A DNA stretch of 64,000 nucleotides. Origin: a virus (lineage: Duplodnaviria > Heunggongvirae > Uroviricota > Caudoviricetes). The notes beneath the pieces are model-generated. The model searched no databases. It was given only the letters and a program-made list of their open reading frames with translations, and was not told the DNA's origin. The DNA is taken from the IMG/VR virus record IMGVR_UViG_3300042905_002309, positions 169,278 to 233,277 of that record. One strand, 5' to 3'. The stretch's first letter is position 1. Each line of letters starts with the position of its first letter. The position numbers were made by a program, and so were the translations under genes. Of this stretch, positions 57,409 through 64,000 are shown piece by piece.

Positions 57409-57881
57409 TGAAAATATTTACACCAGATAATAAACCTGCACAAGGTCGTGGTAAAATTGACCCCTATATGAAGGCTATTTTCCTAGCAGGGCCAACTCCA
57501 CGAAGTAATGACGTAAAAGGATGGCGACCAGAAGCTTTAGAAATACTAGAATCTTTTGGATTCGATGGTATAGTGTATGTACCAGAACGTGCAGATTGGG
57601 CTGTTAAATTTAATTATGACGATCAAATTACTTGGGAACTTAATGGCTTAGATTATTGTAATGTTATTATGTTTTGGATTCCTAGAAATATGGAAACTTT
57701 ACCCGGATTGACAACTAATGTCGAATTTGGTATGAATATTAAAAATAATAGTGTAATATACGGAAGACCGGATGGTGCTATTCACACGAAGTATCTTGAT
57801 ACAATTTATCAGTTATATACACAAAGAAATCCTTGTAAAACCCTACAAGAAACTGTAGAATGTACTTTACAAATTTTATGA
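57408..57881 (+). CDS. nucleoside 2-deoxyribosyltransferase-like protein (paralog of 41094-41582)
   Basis: IFLAGPTPRS...GWRPEA...FWIPRNMETLPGLTTNVEFG. Confidence 0.5.
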   Translation: MKIFTPDNKPAQGRGKIDPYMKAIFLAGPTPRSNDVKGWRPEALEILESFGFDGIVYVPERADWAVKFNYDDQITWELNGLDYCNVIMFWIPRNMETLPGLTTNVEFGMNIKNNSVIYGRPDGAIHTKYLDTIYQLYTQRNPCKTLQETVECTLQIL

Positions 57882-58351
57882 GTACTATTAAACATCTCAC
57901 CTACAAACACATTCATACCACCATTTTAGAGATGGTAGAAATGTTGAAGAAAGCGGAATACACCCCACAGGTTATTATGCCTGTTGCTAAAGGTGGTTTA
58001 ATTCCTGCTGGTTTGCTCGGACAATATTATCCAGATGCTTTATTCTACATAATTCAAACAAAAGGCTATTTAGGTGTTGACAAAAAGCACGATTCTGTTA
58101 AGGTGTTTATACCTAAATCGATAAAGCGTGATATTGACAAGAATGCTAAAATATTGATTGTGGATGATATTTACGATACAGGTAGGACGATCACAGAGAT
58201 TATTAAAGTGTTGAAAGAAAATGGTGTTAAGAATAATATTGCTACCGCAACGTTATATCATAAACAAGAGGCTGATGGTACGCCTGATTTCTTTTGTAGG
58301 ACTGTTAAGAAGGGTACGTGGATAAATTTTCCTTGGGAGTTAAAAATATGA
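57878..58351 (+). CDS. type I phosphoribosyltransferase (Gpt/Hpt-like purine PRTase)
   Basis: PRPP-binding motif ILIVDDIYDTGRT. About 157 aa, as for E. coli Gpt. Confidence 0.65.
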   Translation: MSTIKHLTYKHIHTTILEMVEMLKKAEYTPQVIMPVAKGGLIPAGLLGQYYPDALFYIIQTKGYLGVDKKHDSVKVFIPKSIKRDIDKNAKILIVDDIYDTGRTITEIIKVLKENGVKNNIATATLYHKQEADGTPDFFCRTVKKGTWINFPWELKI

Positions 58352-58467
58352 AACCATTAAGTGAAATGTCGATGAAAGAAGTTAGGGATAAATATATCAA
58401 TATCTGGGAACGAAACAAAAGAAGAGATTCTTAAAATACTTGAATATACAATAATAATGGAGAAATT

Positions 58468-59064
58468 ATGAATAAGATATCGTTAGAAGATTTTGACATC
58501 GTTTACATGGAGATTTTTGATATCCATAACACGCCTTTGTTTGTAGTCCAAGAATCTTATGATGCTTGGATACATTATCAGGAATATGCTGAAACTGTAA
58601 CCGAAGAAGAGAAACAGAAGCATAAATATGTTATCTATGAAGATTTTCCTACAGCCGAATCATGGTTGATTCATAAAAAGAAGCGTATGGAAGCTGATAA
58701 AAAGCGATATGCCGAACATGCGAAATATATGAAACTTCCTTGGTATGAGAAGCTTTTAACCGAAGATGGTACATGTAAGATTAAAGATCAACTTATTGAA
58801 GCTTTTATAAATAATAAAGACGGTGAAAAAATAAGACTTAATTTATGTGTATGGAATATTACACCAGATATCCTATTTAATGCTATTAAACACTTTGCTC
58901 CTTATATTACAGATAGAAAATTCACAGATGAAGAAATTACTGCGTTTCTAAATAGAAATTCAGATGAAATAAAAGCAATGGGTGCAGGTGTGGCAGGTGA
59001 CGGTGGCAGAGTGTTGAGAACCTTGAAATGGGTTTGTACATTATTTTATAAAGAAATGGTCTAA
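58468..59064 (+). CDS. hypothetical protein
   Basis: SD GGAG upstream. Confidence 0.6.
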   Translation: MNKISLEDFDIVYMEIFDIHNTPLFVVQESYDAWIHYQEYAETVTEEEKQKHKYVIYEDFPTAESWLIHKKKRMEADKKRYAEHAKYMKLPWYEKLLTEDGTCKIKDQLIEAFINNKDGEKIRLNLCVWNITPDILFNAIKHFAPYITDRKFTDEEITAFLNRNSDEIKAMGAGVAGDGGRVLRTLKWVCTLFYKEMV

Positions 59065-59065
59065 T

Positions 59066-59440
59066 ATGAATCAATTTAAATACAGAGAATTAAAATTTAG
59101 AGCGTGGTCAACAAAGAAGAATGAATTCTTAGCCACTGGCTTTCATATCATTGGCGAGACAGTAATGTTTGATTTATTAAACCAAACTCGTATTGAAGAT
59201 TTGGATACATTACATGTTCAACAATATACTGGAAGTGTTGATAAAAATGGTGTAGATATCTATGAAGGTGATCTTGTAGAGCATATATCAGGTAGAATTT
59301 GTAACGGTAAAACAGGTGAAGTAATATTTGCTACTGGTTGTTGGATGATTATGGATAATGAAGGTGCATTAAATTCGCCTGTATTTGAAACCGCAGGTAA
59401 TCTAACTGTAGTTGGAAACATTTTCGAAGGAGAGAAATAA
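59066..59440 (+). CDS. YopX-family protein
   Basis: LKFRAW ... QYTGSVDKNGVDIYEGDLV. Confidence 0.6.
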   Translation: MNQFKYRELKFRAWSTKKNEFLATGFHIIGETVMFDLLNQTRIEDLDTLHVQQYTGSVDKNGVDIYEGDLVEHISGRICNGKTGEVIFATGCWMIMDNEGALNSPVFETAGNLTVVGNIFEGEK

Positions 59441-59688
59441 TGATTATACATAGAGGAATAGATGGAAAAACAGCTTTCGTACTCAATAAAAAGGGTGGTA
59501 TGTTAGCCTATATCGATGAAGATATTGCAAAGATTTTAGACGGTCTTTTTGGTGATAAAAATGGAGCTTGGAGTATCCATTCTAAACAAATGCGTAAAGA
59601 TATGGAAGGTACTGAATTCTGTATCGTTCAAATTACTGATAAAGATAATGACGCTCATACAATCTTCTTTAAGATAAATATTGTATAG
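59440..59688 (+). CDS. hypothetical protein
   Basis: Overlaps the upstream stop (TAATG junction). Confidence 0.55.
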   Translation: MIIHRGIDGKTAFVLNKKGGMLAYIDEDIAKILDGLFGDKNGAWSIHSKQMRKDMEGTEFCIVQITDKDNDAHTIFFKINIV

Positions 59689-59697
59689 AGGTACAAC

Positions 59698-59844
59698 ATG
59701 ACAACAAAATTCACAGAATTATTCAGACAAATCCGTAAGGATATGCCTAAACCAACAAAGAAGATCAAATCTGCCAAAGACCGTATGCGTGAAGCCGATA
59801 TGAAAAAGGGTCGTAAAAATTGGAAAGACGATAGAGATGCATAA
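59698..59844 (+). CDS. small basic protein (48 aa)
   Basis: SD GAGGT upstream. Below the track size cutoff. Confidence 0.4.
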   Translation: MTTKFTELFRQIRKDMPKPTKKIKSAKDRMREADMKKGRKNWKDDRDA

Positions 59845-60148
59845 AGATAAATCAGTCATACCTAAAGGTGATTACTGCTATACAATAAGTCGTGTAGATA
59901 TGAAGGAAAGTAAAATCTACACAAAAAACTGCCCGTACTATGACTATACGGTATTGTGTGATGTGTTAATCCCAACTTGTAAATATCTTGAAAAAATGGG
60001 AACACCGGGTTGCACAGATGAAGAATACAAAAGATTACTTGATTTCTACGGGGATCATGATACTCTTAGTAAAGCAATGCCATTAAGTTTATTATGGGAT
60101 AGTTGTAAAGAATGTGGTGTAAATGAGTGTGATTGTTTAAATAGTTAG
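59837..60148 (+). CDS. Cys-rich hypothetical protein
   Basis: 103-aa ORF. Confidence 0.55.
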   Translation: MHKDKSVIPKGDYCYTISRVDMKESKIYTKNCPYYDYTVLCDVLIPTCKYLEKMGTPGCTDEEYKRLLDFYGDHDTLSKAMPLSLLWDSCKECGVNECDCLNS

Positions 60149-60162
60149 AAGAAAGAAAACAT

Positions 60163-60984
60163 ATGAATATACTAAAACGTAAGGATTATCGATTAGTGGT
60201 TGTTAGTGACATGCATTGCGGTCACGCAGTGGGTCTAACACATCCAGATTATCAAGGTAAAATTGTATCAGATGATGTAGGTAAACGTAATAAACTTAAT
60301 AATATCCAAAAAGCAATTTGGGATTTTTATGCAACAGAAATAACAAATTTACAAAGAGATAAGAAAATTGATATTCTTGTTTCTAATGGTGATGCAATCG
60401 ATGGTGATGGATGGCGTTCTGGTGGAACTGAATTAATAACTACTGATAGAAATATGCAAGTTCAAATTGCGAAAAGTGCAATTAAAAGGGCTAATGCAAA
60501 CACAAATATAATTGTAGCGGGAACCCCCTATCATACTGGTAATGTGGAAGATTTTGAAGAAATTTTAGCACAACAAATTAATGGTAAGTTTGAAAATCAC
60601 GCATGGTTAGATATTAATGGAGTAATTTTTGATATTAAACATAATGTGGGTAGTAGTAGTGTACCTCAAAGTAGACAAGCTCCTATTGCTAAAGAAATGA
60701 TTTGGGCAAAGTTGTGGCAAGAAAAAGAATTGATTCCTAAGCCTGTAAGTTATTTAATTCGATCCCATATACATTACTTCAATCTTTTAGATGATGGTGA
60801 TATGACAGCAATTACAACTCCCGCCCTTCAAGGATTCGGATCAAAGTTTGGTTCAAAAATGTGTAGTGGTATACCAACTATCGGTTTCGTTTCTTTCGAT
60901 ATTTTGGCTAATAAAACTGTGATTATGCGTAAACACTTTCTTAATTTAACTACACAAAAGGCAAAGGCAACTTTGTTCAATTAA
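60163..60984 (+). CDS. metallophosphoesterase
   Basis: VVSDMHCGH, NGDAIDG and GTPYH motifs. Confidence 0.65.
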   Translation: MNILKRKDYRLVVVSDMHCGHAVGLTHPDYQGKIVSDDVGKRNKLNNIQKAIWDFYATEITNLQRDKKIDILVSNGDAIDGDGWRSGGTELITTDRNMQVQIAKSAIKRANANTNIIVAGTPYHTGNVEDFEEILAQQINGKFENHAWLDINGVIFDIKHNVGSSSVPQSRQAPIAKEMIWAKLWQEKELIPKPVSYLIRSHIHYFNLLDDGDMTAITTPALQGFGSKFGSKMCSGIPTIGFVSFDILANKTVIMRKHFLNLTTQKAKATLFN

Positions 60985-61280
60985 TGAACCGATCAGAATA
61001 TATAAATTCTCCATCAAAGAAGGTTAGGTTAAAATCAATAGAGATTGATACCTTCTTTGATGTCACACCTATAAATAATACTATAATACCAAGGGGTTAT
61101 CATACTGCTATAGAATATGCTGATATGGTAAAAGTATCTGAAAGAACTATCCAACGAAGATTAAAGAGATTATGGAAACTAGGTAAAATTAAAATAGAAT
61201 TTTACTACACAAAAAGTATTTTAAATCATAAAATACGTACTCCTTATTATATGGTGGATAAAATTAGCTTATTAAAATAG
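60984..61280 (+). CDS. helix-turn-helix DNA-binding protein
   Basis: YADMVKVSERTIQRRLKRL. Confidence 0.55.
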   Translation: MNRSEYINSPSKKVRLKSIEIDTFFDVTPINNTIIPRGYHTAIEYADMVKVSERTIQRRLKRLWKLGKIKIEFYYTKSILNHKIRTPYYMVDKISLLK

Positions 61281-61848
61281 TATCACTTTTAGATAAATTT
61301 TCTTCTGCCCATAGTGGTTGTAAATTAGTATAATGGAAGCATTTCTTTTGCTGTTCAGGATCAGTTAAATCGAATGAAGCACATGGTAAAATATGATCAA
61401 TATGCCAACCAAATTTACCATGATTGTCCCAAGTCATATCATCTCTAAATTGTTTTTCTAAATGCATCATTAATGTAGGAATATCACATCCGATTAATTC
61501 TTTAGTTGCTTTAGATTTATTTTTACCATTTAAAGCATCACGTATCCTACAACTCAAAATGCTTCTTAATTTATAATCAATATCGGTTTGTCTTCTATCT
61601 CTCGTATATTTGGTTTGATATTCAGTAATCTTTTTACGATTCTCTTTATCGTATGTTTTATGATAAGCTAAAACTTTATCTCTATTATTTTGATAATAAC
61701 CTTTAACTTTTTCTATAATTTTATCTTTGTTTTTTAAATATTTTAATTTATTTCTAAGACTTATAGCTTCTTTATTTTGTTCTCTATATATTTTACTTTT
61801 TCTTAAAATTTCTTCTTTATTTTCTTGATAATACGTTTTATTTGACAT
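61264..61848 (-). CDS. HNH homing endonuclease
   Basis: WHIDHILPCA...NLQPLWAEENLSK. ATG 61848 is preceded by AAGGAG on the minus strand. N-terminal repeats YYQENKEEI / YREQNKEAI / YYQNNRDKV. Confidence 0.8.
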   Translation of the reverse strand: MSNKTYYQENKEEILRKSKIYREQNKEAISLRNKLKYLKNKDKIIEKVKGYYQNNRDKVLAYHKTYDKENRKKITEYQTKYTRDRRQTDIDYKLRSILSCRIRDALNGKNKSKATKELIGCDIPTLMMHLEKQFRDDMTWDNHGKFGWHIDHILPCASFDLTDPEQQKKCFHYTNLQPLWAEENLSKSDTILIS

Positions 61849-61951
61849 AATAGCACTCCTTATAAATACTTTGGTAGCAGGACAGCGAGTATTCACTCCA
61901 CTTGTTTCAAAGAAGATTCCAGCCTTCTTTGATTACTGCTATAACTATTTA

Positions 61952-61980
61952 TTGACTTGTATAACAAAATCCACTATTAT
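61952..61980 (+). promoter_or_regulatory. promoter (TTGACT 61952-61957, N17, TATTAT 61975-61980)
   Basis: Read directly from sequence. A short SD-less leader runs to ATG 61995. Confidence 0.6.
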
Positions 61981-61994
61981 TGCTAAATATTGAT

Positions 61995-63455
61995 ATGAAC
62001 ACTTTTAACAAACTTTACAACTCTTTGACAGAAGCAGAAATTCGCCAGAAATTGGATAATTTTGAAGGAATCCTTCACACTAATCCGGATTTAGCTACTG
62101 CTATGGAATTATGCAAAGAAATTGAAGCCCTTGAACCTAATGCAGAAGCTTTGGTCGTAGGTGGTTCAGTTCGTGATTTAATTCTCAAAAAAGCCCCTAA
62201 AGATATCGATATTGCTACAAATGTTGATATTGAGAAGATTGCCACACACTTTCATAGTGCTGATATTGGCAAATCTAAGGATTTTGGTATCGTAGCTGTC
62301 CAATACAAGGGTCAAATCTTTGAAGTAGCTCATTACAGAGAGGATGTTTACACTGGAACGACTGATTCTAGACATCCTTCTGGAGTAAATTTAACTAAAT
62401 CCTTTGAAGCTGACAGTGAACGTAGAGATATTACGATTAATTCGTTAGGTTTGACTACTTCTGGTGAAATCGTGGATTATCAGGGTGGACTTGAAGACAT
62501 CAAGAATGGCATCATAAAGGCTGTTGGTAGCCCCAAGGATCGATTTATTGAGGATGCCCTACGCATGATGAGGGTTGGGCGTTTTATGGCTAGATATGGC
62601 TTTAAACTCGATCCTGAGACTAGACAGGCTATTATTGATTTAAAAGACCTTATTAAGAAGGTTTCCCCTGAACGTATTCGTGATGAATTGTTCAAATCTG
62701 CCTCTTCTGGTACAGCTTTGGCTAATTATATTGAACATTTAAAAGACGTTGGACTTTTAGCATTAATTTTACCTGAAATTGATATTATGGACAAGTACGA
62801 GCATACACCTGAAAGTCACCCCGAAGGTGGAGTATTTGCACATACTATTCAAGCTATCAGAAAAAGCCCTAGTAAGAATCCAATTACAAACATGGCTATC
62901 TTATTTCATGATATTGGTAAACCTGCTTCTCAAAGCTTTGATATTGATACGCATAACGTCAAATATCATGGACACGATAAGGTTGGTAGTGAAGTCTTTG
63001 ATAAGGTTGTAAAGCGTTTAAAGTTTACTAACGATCAACGTGACGCTATTTTATTTGCCATTGAGAATCACATGTTAGCACATCACATGACTGACATGAA
63101 GAAGTCACGAATTTTGGATATTCGTCAAAGTCCTCATTGGGAAACACTTAAAGATACAACTTACGCTGATGATGCGGCTAGAGGTGATAGATTTGATGCA
63201 AATGCCTATGCTGACAAGATGAATAAAGTTGAAGACATTGCCAGTAAGTTTGGTGAGAAACAAGCTTTTGAAAAGCGTATGTCTGGTTACGTAGATGGTC
63301 GAATGATTATGAATATCCTTCCTAAGATTAAAGGAACGGATATTGGAGTCATTAAAAATGCTGTACGTGAGTGGATTATTTCAAAGGACTTTAATGTACA
63401 ACCAGAAGAGGTTACAGAATACATTAAAGAATTAGGGAAAAGTCTTAATCTTTAA
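61995..63455 (+). CDS. cca: CCA-adding enzyme (class II tRNA nucleotidyltransferase with HD domain)
   Basis: GGSVRDLILKKAPKDIDIAT, RRDITINS and HD motif LFHDIGKP. Confidence 0.85.
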   Translation: MNTFNKLYNSLTEAEIRQKLDNFEGILHTNPDLATAMELCKEIEALEPNAEALVVGGSVRDLILKKAPKDIDIATNVDIEKIATHFHSADIGKSKDFGIVAVQYKGQIFEVAHYREDVYTGTTDSRHPSGVNLTKSFEADSERRDITINSLGLTTSGEIVDYQGGLEDIKNGIIKAVGSPKDRFIEDALRMMRVGRFMARYGFKLDPETRQAIIDLKDLIKKVSPERIRDELFKSASSGTALANYIEHLKDVGLLALILPEIDIMDKYEHTPESHPEGGVFAHTIQAIRKSPSKNPITNMAILFHDIGKPASQSFDIDTHNVKYHGHDKVGSEVFDKVVKRLKFTNDQRDAILFAIENHMLAHHMTDMKKSRILDIRQSPHWETLKDTTYADDAARGDRFDANAYADKMNKVEDIASKFGEKQAFEKRMSGYVDGRMIMNILPKIKGTDIGVIKNAVREWIISKDFNVQPEEVTEYIKELGKSLNL

Positions 63456-63459
63456 ACCA

Positions 63460-63801
63460 TTATTCATGGCTGTATTTAATCTTGGTATTACCCCAATATT
63501 CTTGACAAACCTTAATTTGTTCCATCAATTCAATTGGTTTATTATTAAGCTTACGGTGTAAGGAATCTAAGATTATTGCACTCATATCATCTGGATGGTT
63601 TATACCAACCCCTTTGAACCATGTAGATAAAATTGAGACAGACCATAGATTCCAATTATTACGAATACTTCTACCTAAATTTTGATGATAGCCTGATTGA
63701 TCAATTTGTTCTTTAATTCGTTTCAAATCATCTTTATGTAAAAGACTCTCAAGAATTATTAATGCGGTGTCTAAGTCTTTAGGTATTTTATTCATGTCCA
63801 T
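63460..63801 (-). CDS. hypothetical protein
   Basis: 113-aa ORF on the minus strand. Confidence 0.55.
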   Translation of the reverse strand: MDMNKIPKDLDTALIILESLLHKDDLKRIKEQIDQSGYHQNLGRSIRNNWNLWSVSILSTWFKGVGINHPDDMSAIILDSLHRKLNNKPIELMEQIKVCQEYWGNTKIKYSHE

Positions 63802-64000
63802 AATGATCCTCTTATTTTCACTAATTTTGTTAATACTGCCTGTGTTTCAATATACAATAACTCTTCAAGTAATGGTAAACGCTCCCATGCTTCTTGACAC
63901 TCTTTAGTGCGCTTCATTTGAACTGTTTTACGTTTATCGAGTGCGAATCCACCTGTTGCTCTTTCCAATTCAAACCAATTATCTAAAGCGTCCTCAATTT
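63792..64000 (-). CDS. 3' end of a minus-strand gene (partial, start outside window)
   Basis: Hand translation of the reverse complement is open from the window edge to TGA at 63794-63792 (...LTKLVKIRGSLWT*). It overlaps the next ATG by 10 nt (63792-63801, ATGGACATGA). Confidence 0.45.
   Translation of the reverse strand, partial: IEDALDNWFELERATGGFALDKRKTVQMKRTKECQEAWERLPLLEELLYIETQAVLTKLVKIRGSLWT

Overview
This window is a gene-dense, AT-rich stretch of a large virulent dsDNA phage genome. It holds about 150 ORFs, more than 90% of them on the + strand. It looks like an early/auxiliary region: I saw no integrase, no CRISPR array and no obvious virion-morphogenesis block. All function calls come from motif recognition by eye. 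No database search or folding program was run.

Recognised anchors:
- An rIIA-rIIB pair.
- Three free-standing homing endonucleases (two HNH, one GIY-YIG).
- Two canonical tRNAs (Lys-UUU, Leu-UAA) plus several aberrant or decayed tRNA-like elements.
- An unusually complete RNA/tRNA repair kit: DraRnl-like RNA ligase, Pnk-like 5' kinase, RlaP-type nucleotidyltransferase, RtcB, Tpt1/KptA, PTH2 and a CCA-adding enzyme.
- An ATP-dependent DNA ligase.
- An NAD+ salvage pair (NadM-Nudix plus NadV/NAMPT).
- ADP-ribose-processing domains (macro, NADAR).
- Nucleotide-salvage enzymes: dUTPase, a PRTase and two deoxyribosyltransferase-like paralogs.

Transcription appears to be driven by more than 20 sigma70-like promoters (TTGACA-N17-nAnAnT). 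These include a highly conserved cassette of about 60-75 bp repeated at least 10 times. They also include a class whose -10 box sits 6-7 nt before the ATG, implying leaderless mRNAs for RtcB, DNA ligase, the radical SAM gene and others.

The most unusual locus is the leaderless operon at 48830-52138. It encodes a radical SAM/SPASM-like enzyme with an atypical C-x17-C-x2-C cluster motif. Five tandem paralogous genes follow it. Their products share an invariant N-terminus, MKIRxGFVSNSSSSSF, encoded by divergent synonymous codons, and are otherwise unrelated. I interpret this as a candidate maturase plus multi-substrate (RiPP-like or protein-modifying) system that I cannot match to anything described.
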